Shown here in pieces: positions 37,372 through 47,130 of a stretch of DNA of 64,000 nt. The notes under the pieces were generated by a model. The model was not told the origin of the DNA, did no database searches, and saw nothing but the letters and a program-made list of their open reading frames with translations. Position 1 is the first letter of the stretch; every line of letters begins with the position of its first letter. The stretch is from positions 14,341 to 78,340 of the forward strand of contig JASJAX010000001.1 of the NCBI GenBank assembly GCA_030066755.1. Reading direction: 5' to 3'. The translations under genes and the position numbers were made by a program. This stretch comes from Acidimicrobiia bacterium (GTDB lineage Bacteria; Actinomycetota; Acidimicrobiia; Spongiisociales; UBA5794).

Positions 37372-37755
37372 CTAGGGAACCTCGTATCCCCCGAAGTGCA
37401 CGTCGTCATCCTCGATCCACCACGCCTGAAGGAGGCAGTCGGTACCGCGCAGGCCGAGGTGGGCTTCACCGAGGCGTTCGCTGGGGACGAGGATCGTGAC
37501 CACCCAGCCTTCATCGTCGAGCACGGTGACCGGTCCACGGAGAGATGACGGGTCCGAACCCATGGAGAGGATGATCTCGACGGTCTGGGGTTCATCGGCG
37601 ACCAGACACAGCGTTCCTGCGGGCACTCCGAGCCCGTAGACGAGGTCGGTCAGGCCAACCACACGCACGTCGCTGCGGCGGTCGGTGTACACGTCACCGA
37701 CGGCCTCGGCGACTCGCTCGGACACGCCGAGCGGCATGGTTGCCGGCAGGGCCAT
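37372..37755 (-). CDS. hypothetical protein
   Basis: ATG at 37755 is preceded by GGAGGG. 127 aa. No family recognised. Confidence 0.5.
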   Translation of the reverse strand: MALPATMPLGVSERVAEAVGDVYTDRRSDVRVVGLTDLVYGLGVPAGTLCLVADEPQTVEIILSMGSDPSSLRGPVTVLDDEGWVVTILVPSERLGEAHLGLRGTDCLLQAWWIEDDDVHFGGYEVP

Positions 37756-37939
37756 GGTCGTTCCCTCCAATGGTGTAGTTACGCAAGTGTAATTCATCCG
37801 CCGCATGTTCGGGACGAGAACCGCGATCGACGTGCCCGCTCGTCTCGGCAACGCTGAAGAGCGTGACATCAGACGGAGACGTCAGATCGGGGGACCGGTT
37901 CACAGCAGCGAGGTTTCAGCGTGGTCGCCGCGTCCCGGC

Positions 37940-37980
37940 TCGACCGACGACTGACGACTGACGACTGACGACTGACGACA
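37940..37980. repeat. heptanucleotide tandem array, 5-6 units of CGACTGA
   Basis: cgactga x4 flanked by gaccga and cgacaga. About 65 nt upstream of the P-type ATPase ATG. Same unit family as the array upstream of uppP. Confidence 0.85.
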
Positions 37981-38043
37981 GATCCTCCCCCACCCCGCAG
38001 CCTCCGGACGGCCTCCGCAGCCATCCCCGGTAGGCTCGTCCCT

Positions 38044-40677
38044 ATGGCGGAAACCGACCCTGCCGTCGGCCTCACCCAGGCCCAGGTACGCGATCGAACC
38101 GAACGCGGCCTCAGCAACGTGCAGCCGGAGAGTCCCTCCCGTTCAACCCGGGAGATCATCCGGGCCAACGTCATCACTCGGTTCAACATCCTGCTCTCGA
38201 TACTTCTCGTAGTGATCCTCGTTGCGGTCCAGGCGCCACGTGATGCGCTGTTCGGCATCGTGATGGTCACCAACGCCGCGATCGGCATCATCCAGGAGCT
38301 CCGCGCCAAGGCAACGCTCGACCGGCTTGCGCTGCTCACAGCTCCTCGTGCGCGGGTGGTACGAGAGGGAACCGTTCGCGAAGTCGACATTGCAGGGGTG
38401 GTCGTCGACGACATCATCGAACTCCGGAGCGGAGACCAGCTCCCAGTGGATGGTGACGTTGTGACCTCACGAGGCCTCGAGATCAACGAGTCGCTGCTCA
38501 CCGGCGAGAGCGACCCGATCCTCAAGGAGCCGGGCGACGTTGCGCTGTCGGGAAGCTTCGTTGCGGCGGGAAGCGGTCGGTATCGGGCGACCCAGGTGGG
38601 GAGCAACGCATACGCCGCCAAGCTCGCCCGCGAGGCAAAACGATTCACGCTGGTCCGCTCCGAGCTCCGCGACGGAATCGACTGGATCCTCGCCGGCGTC
38701 TCCTGGGCAGTCGGTCCCGTCATCGTGCTCCTCGTCTGGACGTCGATCCGGGCCGACGCCGAGATTCGGGAAGCCCTCGCGTCGGCAGTCGCAGGTGCCG
38801 TCGGCATGGTTCCTCAGGGCCTCGTGTTGTTGACGTCGATCGCGTTCGCCGTCGGCGTGATTCGCCTCGGGCGGCGCAACGTCCTCGTCCAGGAGCTGCC
38901 GGCGATCGAAGGATTGGCCCGCGTCGACGTTGTCTGTTTCGACAAGACCGGCACGCTGACCGAAGGCCGCCTCGTCGTGCAGGATGTCATCACGCTGCAT
39001 GGCGGCGATCCGGTGGCGCCCCTTGGAGCCCTCGGCGCGGCCGAACCGGACCCCAACGCGACGCTGAAGGCGGTGATCCGGCGCTTCCCCGCTCCCGACG
39101 GATGGCACGCGTCGACCGCGGTCCCGTTCTCCTCCGCCCGCAAGTGGTCCGGGGCTTCGTTCGACGGCCGCGGCACATGGGTGCTCGGTGCCCCCGAGAT
39201 TCTGGCGCCGGACGACTCGCAGGTGGCATCGATCGCCGACGAACACGCCGCGAGAGGCCGCCGGGTGCTCCTTCTGGCGTACAGCGAGCTCCGCCTCGAA
39301 ACCGAGCGGGCTCCGCGCCGGCTGGAGCCACATTCGGTGCTCGTGCTGGGCGACCAGATCCGTACGGATGCAGCGCAAACCCTCCGCTACTTCGCCGACC
39401 AGGGTGTCCAGGCCAAGGTGATCTCCGGCGACCACCCCGATACGGTCGCCGCGATCGCTCGCGATGTCGGCGTGCCAGGCTCCCAGCACGTCGTCGATGC
39501 TCGGACCATGCCGGCGGAGCCAGAGGCACTCGCCCAGGTGGTCGAGTCGGGGACCGTCTTCGGCCGGGTGACTCCCTATCAGAAACGAGCGATGGTCAAG
39601 GCACTCCAGTCGCAGGGTCACGTCGTGGCCATGACCGGCGATGGCGTCAATGACGTGCTCGCACTGAAGGACGCCGACATTGGCATCGCCATCGGAACGG
39701 GTTCGGCCGCAGCACGCTCCGTCGCCCAGCTCGTTCTCATCGACGGCAAGTTCGACACGCTGCCCGGTGTCGTTGGGGAAGGGCGGCGCGTCATCTCGAA
39801 CATCGAACGTGTGGCCAACCTCTTCGTGACCAAGACGGTCTACGCCATCTTCATCGCCCTCGCCGTTGGGCTCGCCGGACGGACGTTTCCGTTCCTCCCC
39901 CGTGATCTGACCCTGGTCGGCTCGGTCACGATCGGTATCCCCGCCTTCTTCCTCGCCCTCGCTCCAACGACACGTCGAGCAGCTCCCGGCTTCGTTTGGC
40001 GGGTAACCCGGTTCGCGGTACCAACCGGAGTCGCTGCGGGCCTCGCGACGTTCTTCGCATACGAGTTAGCGATCAGCGAGGAAGTGACCCTGGCTGAGGC
40101 GCGCACCACGGCGACACTGGTGCTCTCGGCCCTCGGCCTCTTCGCTCTCGGCATGGTGGCGCGGCCCCTGCGGCCGTGGAAGAAGGGCCTGATCTGGTCG
40201 ATGGCTGGGCTGCTCCTGATCCTCCTGCTCTCCGGCCCTTCGCAGGAGTTCTTCGAACTCGACCTGCCTCGTACGGCGATCCTCCTTGCTTCCCTCGGTG
40301 TGGTTGCGATCGCCGGGTTCCTCATGATCGGGACATTGCGCGCCGTCGGCTGGATCAAACACGTTCCCGAGCTGCTGCGAGAGAATCCGCCGACTGCTCG
40401 TGGGTTCTGGCGGTCGATTCGAACACGGATCGGTGCGTTTGGTGGTCCTGCGGAACCTCAGGCGCTCGATCGAGAAGCCTTCACCGTTCCGCCCTCCGCA
40501 GCTGCCGAGGAGGAGACGGACGCGTCGCCGGAACCGGAGCCGCCACCAGAACCGGAAATCGCGGCCGTCGACGCGCCACCGGCGTTTGATCCGATCGAGC
40601 ACGCCCGAACCATCGACTGGTTCGATCCGGATGTCGATCCGATCGACATCCTCAACGAGCCCACGAGTGGCGATTGA
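38044..40677 (+). CDS. cation-transporting P-type ATPase with a Pro/Glu-rich C-terminal extension
   Basis: DKTGTLT phosphorylation motif, MTGDGVNDVLALKDADIGIA hinge, TGES-like actuator. About 10 TM helices. About 130 aa of low-complexity C-terminus. Confidence 0.9.
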   Translation: MAETDPAVGLTQAQVRDRTERGLSNVQPESPSRSTREIIRANVITRFNILLSILLVVILVAVQAPRDALFGIVMVTNAAIGIIQELRAKATLDRLALLTAPRARVVREGTVREVDIAGVVVDDIIELRSGDQLPVDGDVVTSRGLEINESLLTGESDPILKEPGDVALSGSFVAAGSGRYRATQVGSNAYAAKLAREAKRFTLVRSELRDGIDWILAGVSWAVGPVIVLLVWTSIRADAEIREALASAVAGAVGMVPQGLVLLTSIAFAVGVIRLGRRNVLVQELPAIEGLARVDVVCFDKTGTLTEGRLVVQDVITLHGGDPVAPLGALGAAEPDPNATLKAVIRRFPAPDGWHASTAVPFSSARKWSGASFDGRGTWVLGAPEILAPDDSQVASIADEHAARGRRVLLLAYSELRLETERAPRRLEPHSVLVLGDQIRTDAAQTLRYFADQGVQAKVISGDHPDTVAAIARDVGVPGSQHVVDARTMPAEPEALAQVVESGTVFGRVTPYQKRAMVKALQSQGHVVAMTGDGVNDVLALKDADIGIAIGTGSAAARSVAQLVLIDGKFDTLPGVVGEGRRVISNIERVANLFVTKTVYAIFIALAVGLAGRTFPFLPRDLTLVGSVTIGIPAFFLALAPTTRRAAPGFVWRVTRFAVPTGVAAGLATFFAYELAISEEVTLAEARTTATLVLSALGLFALGMVARPLRPWKKGLIWSMAGLLLILLLSGPSQEFFELDLPRTAILLASLGVVAIAGFLMIGTLRAVGWIKHVPELLRENPPTARGFWRSIRTRIGAFGGPAEPQALDREAFTVPPSAAAEEETDASPEPEPPPEPEIAAVDAPPAFDPIEHARTIDWFDPDVDPIDILNEPTSGD

Positions 40678-40713
40678 TGACCCGTCGACGAGTGATGACG
40701 GACGCCTGAACCC

Positions 40714-41769
40714 TCAGGTCGATGCCGTGACCCGGTAGTCACCCATGTCGCTCACCCACTCGAGGTGGACGAGCCCGCGTGTGTCGGCTGCTCGCACGAA
40801 CTGCAGGAAGCCGGTGTACCCGAATCGTTTCTCGGAGAAGTTCGACTGGCGCTTGCGCATTTCGTTCTTCAACCCGGAGAGCGCTGGTGGGCCATCCTTG
40901 CCCTGGATCTCCGCCACGGTGTCGGCGAGCAGGGCAAATGCATCGGCCTGGACGCTGCCTTCCTCGGTGAACTCGATGACGGGATCGCCCCGCGACCCCT
41001 CGTCATCGGTGAGGTGCAGTACGTTGCGCTCTGCGAGGTGACGGAGGAGCTCGCCGAACGCTCGGAATCCGTAATCGGCCTCGTTGAATGTCGGATCCTT
41101 GCGAAGGAGCGCCCTCTTGAGCATCGAGGACCGCACCGCCGACCCCGAGGACCGTTGGAGTCCGGCGAGCGTCCCCGTGACCAGGACGGCGAGCTGATCG
41201 ATATCGCCGCCACCGTTCCCCACCTGCTGCGGCGCCGGCTTGTCCGCACCGTTGCTCGGCTTCGCCTTCGGCTTCTGACTGGCTTTGCGTCGGGGGATTT
41301 CAACCCCCTCGAGCCGCTCGTAGAAGAGGAACTCATCGCACGCCGGCGGGAGAAGTGCAGAGGTCGATGCCTTCATCCCGACACCGATGACTCGCTTGTT
41401 CAACTCGCGGAGCTTGTGCACGAGCGGCGTGAAGTCCGAGTCGCCGGTGCAGATCACGAATGTGGTGACGTAGTCCCGCTCAAATGCGAGCTCGATCGCA
41501 TCCACTGCCATCTTGATGTCGGCCGCGTTCTTGCGTACCAATCCCCGACGTTGCGGAATCTCGATCATCTCGACATGGTTCTCCACCAGATTCCGACGAT
41601 CGTCGTCGAACGCCGTCCAATCGGCGTACGCCCGCCGAACTACCACACGACCACGCTCGGCCAGCGCGTCGGCGATGGGTTTGAAGTCCATGTCGATGCC
41701 GAGATCATCTCTCGCACCGATCGCCAGGTTCTCGTAGTCGATGAAGAGTCCGATCCGTTCTTCTTCCAT
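40714..41769 (-). CDS. NYN-domain (LabA-like) protein with OST-HTH/LOTUS domain(s)
   Basis: N-terminal NYN fold (IGLFIDYENL...FVICTGDSDFTPLV) plus C-terminal helical OST-HTH-like repeats. The start could instead be at 41826. Confidence 0.75.
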   Translation of the reverse strand: MEEERIGLFIDYENLAIGARDDLGIDMDFKPIADALAERGRVVVRRAYADWTAFDDDRRNLVENHVEMIEIPQRRGLVRKNAADIKMAVDAIELAFERDYVTTFVICTGDSDFTPLVHKLRELNKRVIGVGMKASTSALLPPACDEFLFYERLEGVEIPRRKASQKPKAKPSNGADKPAPQQVGNGGGDIDQLAVLVTGTLAGLQRSSGSAVRSSMLKRALLRKDPTFNEADYGFRAFGELLRHLAERNVLHLTDDEGSRGDPVIEFTEEGSVQADAFALLADTVAEIQGKDGPPALSGLKNEMRKRQSNFSEKRFGYTGFLQFVRAADTRGLVHLEWVSDMGDYRVTAST

Positions 41770-41916
41770 GAGAGGGAGGGTAGCTGGGAGCGGGGAGATG
41801 GCTTCGCGAGCTCCCAGCGGATCCATAGCCACAGAGTGCTGCCATGGCCGGTGGCGGCCGTGCTGCGCACCGGAGTACTGAGCACTGTCAGGGAGTACGG
41901 ACAATCCCGGCTCGTG

Positions 41917-42402
41917 TCAGCGGATACGCCTCGCCAGGCGATCGTCGATTTCGATTTCGTGACCATGGACTTGGGCGACACGTCGAACGTCGGCTACCGC
42001 CCTGATCTGCCATTGAGCGGGGCCCATGTGCCACACATACACCGCCGGCGGGAAGCGCACGCCGACCGGATGACCATCGCTGCGGATGCGGGGCACCCAC
42101 CGCACCGCAGGAGAGAACGCTCGATCGATACGGCGGATCCGAATGACCTCGATCCGGGTCGTCGTGAAGAGTCCTCGAATCGTGACGTGGGCCTCCCCAA
42201 CGATGACGCGTGGCCGATACGCCGTCCAGACGAACCACGCGAGTATCGGTGGGATCAAGACCAGCCCCCCACGGTCGGAGGTGGATGCTTCTCCGAAGAT
42301 GAGCCCGACAGGTATCGCAACAACGATGAGGACGCTGAACAGGAGCACCGTGAGCCGCCATGCCAGCTCGTAATACGTCCGCTCTGATAGCTCGTCCGGC
42401 AT
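41917..42402 (-). CDS. hypothetical membrane protein (PH-domain-like)
   Basis: Two N-terminal TM helices followed by a small soluble domain. Confidence 0.4.
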   Translation of the reverse strand: MPDELSERTYYELAWRLTVLLFSVLIVVAIPVGLIFGEASTSDRGGLVLIPPILAWFVWTAYRPRVIVGEAHVTIRGLFTTTRIEVIRIRRIDRAFSPAVRWVPRIRSDGHPVGVRFPPAVYVWHMGPAQWQIRAVADVRRVAQVHGHEIEIDDRLARRIR

Positions 42403-42467
42403 CGGGACCAGCGTACAACCGCCCATCGCCGGCCCCACTCGCGGCCACGACCGACGCGCGCGCGGCG

Positions 42468-42500
42468 TCTCTGTACTGAGTACTCAGTACTCAGTACTCC
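42468..42500. repeat. heptanucleotide tandem array (T(C/G)AGTAC x4) with a conserved flank
   Basis: gcgtctctgtac tgagtac tcagtac tcagtac tcc. Both flanks match the array at 59448-59482. Confidence 0.8.
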
Positions 42501-42529
42501 CCCACCGCACGATCCCCCCGCAGACGTAT

Positions 42530-43315
42530 TCAGACTCTGCGAAACAGATGCATCTGCCACTTCGACAGCGGGCTCTCGCCGGTGGCTTGGTACCGCTCGA
42601 TGGCTTCGGCGGCGGTCAGGTGGCCGCCCGCGCCGTCAGAGAAGGTGTAGGGGATGCCGCCCTCGGCTTCGATCCGGGCGTATTCGACGATCTGGAAAGC
42701 CAGATCGGCGCGGGACTGGTCGAACGGCACCCAATCCGTCGTGCCCGCGACGCCTTCGTACCGATAGCCGGGAACGTCGTCGACGAGCCCCTCGATCCGG
42801 GCGATCGCGTACTGGTACGAGATCTGCACGAGGACCGGCGCACCGGGGACGACGAAGTCGAGCCCACCCCGCAGTGCCTCACGACGCCAGTCGAGGCCGT
42901 CGCCGGTGGGGCTCGCCGGCGGGTTGGCCACGAGAAAATCTGCGCGACCCCGGAGATCGTCGATATCCGGCTGATCATCGGGATCGACCGCGGTGTAGGA
43001 ATCGGCGTGGACGAACCGTGTGGCACCACCGACGCCGTTACGTTCGGCGTTGGCGCGGGCGACCGGTAGGTCTGCCTCGTCGAGCTCCAGTCCCAGCACG
43101 AAGTCGACATCGTCGACGAGGGCTGCGCCAATCGCGAGTAGGCCCGTCCCGGCTCCCCAATCGAGCCCCCGGCCGTGCAAGAAACGCGCATTGTCCCCGA
43201 TTGCGGCGACAGCCATACGGCTGGCCGGAGTGATCGTCTGGCGGCCCTGCGGAATCGCAACGGTGATCGGACCAAGACCTCCCGTTGCCTCGAGCGTGAC
43301 GACGTCGGATGCCAT
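42530..43315 (-). CDS. class I SAM-dependent methyltransferase (HemK/RsmC-like)
   Basis: LDWGAGTGLLAIGAA (motif I) ... FLVANPP (NPPY-like motif IV). Confidence 0.7.
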   Translation of the reverse strand: MASDVVTLEATGGLGPITVAIPQGRQTITPASRMAVAAIGDNARFLHGRGLDWGAGTGLLAIGAALVDDVDFVLGLELDEADLPVARANAERNGVGGATRFVHADSYTAVDPDDQPDIDDLRGRADFLVANPPASPTGDGLDWRREALRGGLDFVVPGAPVLVQISYQYAIARIEGLVDDVPGYRYEGVAGTTDWVPFDQSRADLAFQIVEYARIEAEGGIPYTFSDGAGGHLTAAEAIERYQATGESPLSKWQMHLFRRV

Positions 43316-44148
43316 CAGCCGATCGGCTCGCCCGAGTCGCGTTCTCGCACCGCCTGCTGGAAGCCGACTGCTTCGGCGCGCTCCTTGAACCACATGCCCT
43401 CGGGTGAGTGGCGCGTGATGCCGTCGAAGAGTGTTGCGACCATCTGCGTCGAAGCGAGACCCATGTTCTCGTACGCCTGGTTGATCATCAGCTTCTGCAT
43501 CATGAGCTGGTTCTTCGGCACGCCCGCCATTCTGGCGGCCAGTTCGTCCACCCGTGCGTCGAGTTTCGCCTCGGGCACCGCTTCGAGGACCAGGCCGATG
43601 CGGGCCGCCTCCGTCCCGTCGATGAGATCGCCCGTGAGCAGCATCCGTTTGGCTCGCTCGGCGCCAACCCGGTACACCCACATTGCCGTAGTCGGGCAGC
43701 CCCACACCCTCGCCGGCGGATAGCCGATGCGGGCGTTCTCGGCCATGACGACGACATCGCAACACAACGCAATATCGGAACCGCCCGCTACGGCGAATCC
43801 TCGAATCTTGGCGATCGTCGGTTTGTGGCAGCGCCACAGGCGCATGAACTGTTCGGTGTTCTTCCCCATCATCGAGTAGTCGACCATCGGATCCCAGGGC
43901 ATCTCTTGCACGCCGGGATTTGGACCCTCGGTTTCGGCATACAGCTTGAGGTCGTAGCCCGAGCAGAACGCTCTCCCCGCACCCGTGACGACGATGACGT
44001 GGATGTTCGGATCGGCTTCAGCGACATCAACCGCCTCGGCGATTTCGCCCGGCATCGCCCAATCGATGGCATTGAGCCGGTCGGGCCGGTTGAGCGTGAT
44101 CGTTGCAACTCGGCCGGCGGTTTCGTATTCGATGCTCTCGTAGCTCAC
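43315..44148 (-). CDS. enoyl-CoA hydratase/isomerase (crotonase) family protein
   Basis: [13 protein letters not shown]...[14 protein letters not shown]...[17 protein letters not shown] start with GGGGAGG at -5. Confidence 0.8.
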   Translation of the reverse strand: MSYESIEYETAGRVATITLNRPDRLNAIDWAMPGEIAEAVDVAEADPNIHVIVVTGAGRAFCSGYDLKLYAETEGPNPGVQEMPWDPMVDYSMMGKNTEQFMRLWRCHKPTIAKIRGFAVAGGSDIALCCDVVVMAENARIGYPPARVWGCPTTAMWVYRVGAERAKRMLLTGDLIDGTEAARIGLVLEAVPEAKLDARVDELAARMAGVPKNQLMMQKLMINQAYENMGLASTQMVATLFDGITRHSPEGMWFKERAEAVGFQQAVRERDSGEPIG

Positions 44149-44344
44149 GACGCCTCCCCTCGTCCAGCACCATGATGGCGCGTTGGACGAGCCGACGACG
44201 GCACGATCCTCGATCGTCGGGTACGCATTGGGCAGCCCCCTCAACGTGCGGCAATCGCCCGACGGAGAGATCCTGCTGGTCCAGCCGGGCGCGATCCGAC
44301 CAGCGCAGACCGTCGAGGCGTTCCAGCTGTGCCTGACGTCGTGA

Positions 44345-45133
44345 TCAGGGGCGTTTCGCCACCCAAACGGTCCAATCGAGAATCTCACGGTCCCGATCGT
44401 GGTCCCGCTTCCACTGCCGCTGCTGCTCGAGATAGTCGGCGGCCTTCGGGCCGGGATTCCGTTCAGCCCACGTCTCGGCGGATTCCATGATCCGCTGCTG
44501 ATACCCGTCCCATCCGGAACTGCCGGCATCGATTCGCTCGACTACCGAAAGGCCGAGACCCTCGAGAATCCTCTCCTGATCGTTCGCCGTCAGCACGGTG
44601 CCGTAGGTCTCAGCGATCAACGCTGCGTTGGCGTCGCTGCGAAGCCGCAGATCGCCGATGGCCAGGCGGCCACCCGGACCCGCACGGTCAACCTGGGCGC
44701 GAGCCGTTCCAGCGAAACCATGCCAGATCCACGAAGCCCCCAGACACGTCACGATGTCGAACCGCTCGTTCTTGTCGAGATCGTGTGCATCGCCGAGCCG
44801 CCACGACAGACGGCCCGAAGCCGAGCGTTCGGCCGCTGACTCGATCGACCGGACCAACACCCACGGTGACAGATCGACGCCAACGCCCCGGATGTCGGCG
44901 CGCTCGGCACCGCGAACCAGGAGCTCCCCATGACCGCAGGCGATGTCGAGCCAGGTGTCATCCGCCCGTGGGGTCAACGCGTCGAGCACGACGTCGAGGT
45001 CGGCGCCGGTCATGGGGTTGCAGATCCGCATGCCATGATGCAACGCCTCGAACACCTCGAAACGCTCCCACGCCCCGTCCACATCCGTCCCCGGGAGCAC
45101 GGTGATCTCTGGAGGAAGATGAGGCCAGGCCAT
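44345..45133 (-). CDS. class I SAM-dependent methyltransferase
   Basis: [11 protein letters not shown] (motif I) ... FDIVTCLGA. Confidence 0.75.
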   Translation of the reverse strand: MAWPHLPPEITVLPGTDVDGAWERFEVFEALHHGMRICNPMTGADLDVVLDALTPRADDTWLDIACGHGELLVRGAERADIRGVGVDLSPWVLVRSIESAAERSASGRLSWRLGDAHDLDKNERFDIVTCLGASWIWHGFAGTARAQVDRAGPGGRLAIGDLRLRSDANAALIAETYGTVLTANDQERILEGLGLSVVERIDAGSSGWDGYQQRIMESAETWAERNPGPKAADYLEQQRQWKRDHDRDREILDWTVWVAKRP

Positions 45134-45269
45134 AGCGCGAAGCCTAGAAGCCGCTCCCGTTCAGGAGTGGTGGCCTCTGCAAAGGAGAGGTCGGGTTGAG
45201 TGTCGACAGCTCATCGCGATCACCGTGGTGCCCGTTTCGAAGGCTGCCGCATCGTCGAACCTGATCGGA

Positions 45270-45336
45270 CCGAACCGTGGAAACCCTCCCCTGCCTGCTA
45301 CGCAGGCTGTCCCCGCCCTACAAGGGCGGGGGATCC
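45270..45336. repeat. conserved two-hairpin intergenic element, copy B
   Basis: ccgaaccgtggaaaccctcccctg, then GCCTGC-tac-GCAGGC, then tgt, then CCCCGCCC-tacaa-GGGCGGGG-gatcc. The first stem has a compensatory G:C to C:G swap relative to copy A. Followed by a heptamer array. Confidence 0.75.
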
Positions 45337-45380
45337 TGAGACCTGGGACCTGAGACGTGCGACCGGGGACCTGAGACGCG
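45335..45380. repeat. heptanucleotide tandem array, about 6 units of CTG(A/G)GAC
   Basis: ctgagac ctgggac ctgagac gtgcgac cggggac ctgagac. Confidence 0.75.
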
Positions 45381-45438
45381 AAACAACGAAGGGCGGCCGT
45401 GCGGCCGCCCTTCGTCAGTCCCTACCAGGGATTCCTCA

Positions 45439-46386
45439 TCACGCTTTCGTGTGCACGAACTCGAAGTACTTCTTGTTGCCGAAGGCGTCCTTGACCTTCA
45501 CCGAGAAGACCTTGCCCTTTGGTGCCTCCTCGAAGTACACCTTGACCTCCCACTCACCTTCTCCGTTGACCTCGGCCGAGCCTGATCCGTACTCGGACGA
45601 GATCGTCACGACGGTGCCCGGCTTGGCCGTTCCCCAGAAGACGTCGTACGGGGGGTCCTCGGCGCACGATCCGTAGACCTGGTGGGCGGTGAACTCCCAT
45701 TCCTTCGGGTCGTCCTTCGGCGGTGGCGGCGGGTCGTAGTAGACGACGACTGATGCGGTTGCCTGGTTGCCGGCGACATCCGTTGCCGTGAACGTGGCAC
45801 GGTTGGCGCCCTCGCTCAGGACCAGCTTGATCGCCCAATGCCCGTCGGCGTCGACATCTGCCTCCCAGCGGCCGGCGGCGACCGTCGCACCCGGTTCGGT
45901 GGTGCCCTCGAACCAGATCGTCTTCACGTCGAACCGGTCACCGTCCTTGGGTGACGTGATCGCGATCGGGGGAGGCTCGACATCAACGGGCTCCGTCGTC
46001 GGCGGTGGCGTCGGTTCGGGCTCTGGATCCCCGGCAGGCTCCTCCGGCAGCGGATCGACTGCTTCGGGATCCGGCTCGGTCGGGTCGATCGGCAGATTCA
46101 CATCGGGTGGCGGCACGACATCGGGCAGCTCCGTCTCGATGTCCGGCGTCTCGTCAACGATGGGATCGGGAATCGTGTCGGCAACATCCGGGGTCGGCGT
46201 TGGCCTCAGCATTGCGCCCACGACGATGAAGGCGACCACGGCGGCGAAGGCCAGGGCTCCCTGGGCCACTTGCGCCCAGCGGGCTCGACGGATCACGACG
46301 GGGAACGGCGTGGCCGGCGTGTATTCGTTGGTGCTCACATGGATGGACTCGGCGGCGCGACGCGCCCGATCGTCGAGGGTCTTCAT
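45439..46386 (-). CDS. anti-sigma-factor-like membrane protein with a Pro-rich linker and an extracytoplasmic beta-sandwich domain
   Basis: ATGA overlap with the ECF sigma gene. Single TM (ALAFAAVVAFIVVGAML). PxP-rich spacer. C-terminal Ig-like domain. Confidence 0.6.
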   Translation of the reverse strand: MKTLDDRARRAAESIHVSTNEYTPATPFPVVIRRARWAQVAQGALAFAAVVAFIVVGAMLRPTPTPDVADTIPDPIVDETPDIETELPDVVPPPDVNLPIDPTEPDPEAVDPLPEEPAGDPEPEPTPPPTTEPVDVEPPPIAITSPKDGDRFDVKTIWFEGTTEPGATVAAGRWEADVDADGHWAIKLVLSEGANRATFTATDVAGNQATASVVVYYDPPPPPKDDPKEWEFTAHQVYGSCAEDPPYDVFWGTAKPGTVVTISSEYGSGSAEVNGEGEWEVKVYFEEAPKGKVFSVKVKDAFGNKKYFEFVHTKA

Positions 46387-46877
46387 GCGTCACCTCCGAT
46401 CTCGAGATTGAGCCGATCGGCGAGGGTCAGCCGTCCGTTGCGGAGATGGACCTTCACCGTGCCGACGGCGCAGTCGAGGATGTCGGCAATGTCGGCTACC
46501 GATCGATCCTCCAGATAGTGCAGGGCAATGGCTTGGGCCTGGCGCTTCGGAAGCGCGCGCACCGCCGCCCAGAAGGCATCATCTTCGGCCGGTAGCGCCG
46601 GCATGACGGCCTCGGGCATCCGGAACCGGGCGAGCGCCTTGGCTTCGCGCATACGACGACGGAACAGCGACACGGACTTGTTGGCGACAACACGGCGGAC
46701 CCACGCACCCGGCTTCTCATAGGCGCCCACCCGGTCCCAGCTCTTGTGGGCGGCGAGAAACGCCTCCTGAGCAAGGTCCTCAGCAGCAGTCCGGCTCCCT
46801 GAAAGGGCATATGCCAGGCCGATCACTGCTCGCAGCTCCTCTTGATAGAACGCTTCAAACGTCGCAACCGCCCGCAT
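46383..46877 (-). CDS. ECF-subfamily RNA polymerase sigma-70 factor
   Basis: Sigma region 2 (AEDLAQEAFLAA) and region 4 (QAQAIALHYLEDRSVADIADIL...GTVKVHL). An alternative GTG start is at 46955. Confidence 0.8.
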   Translation of the reverse strand: MRAVATFEAFYQEELRAVIGLAYALSGSRTAAEDLAQEAFLAAHKSWDRVGAYEKPGAWVRRVVANKSVSLFRRRMREAKALARFRMPEAVMPALPAEDDAFWAAVRALPKRQAQAIALHYLEDRSVADIADILDCAVGTVKVHLRNGRLTLADRLNLEIGGDA

Positions 46878-47130
46878 CGGAGCAGGCGCGTCCGCCACAC
46901 CAGCCTTGGTGGCGGCCGGCGAACCCCTGGCTCCGGATCGCGGTCGGATTGTCACGTGTCACTCAGTTACTCGCCGAAGGGGCCTCGGAGGTTTATTCCC
47001 GTTCCCCACCTCTCTGAACGGTTATCGAACGGTGACCCGAGACCCTGTAGGGCAACAACGTCGATCTGGTGCCTGAAACGCAGGTTTCCTACGATTGGGT
47101 CCGATTCCGGACCGCACCGCAGGAGACGTG

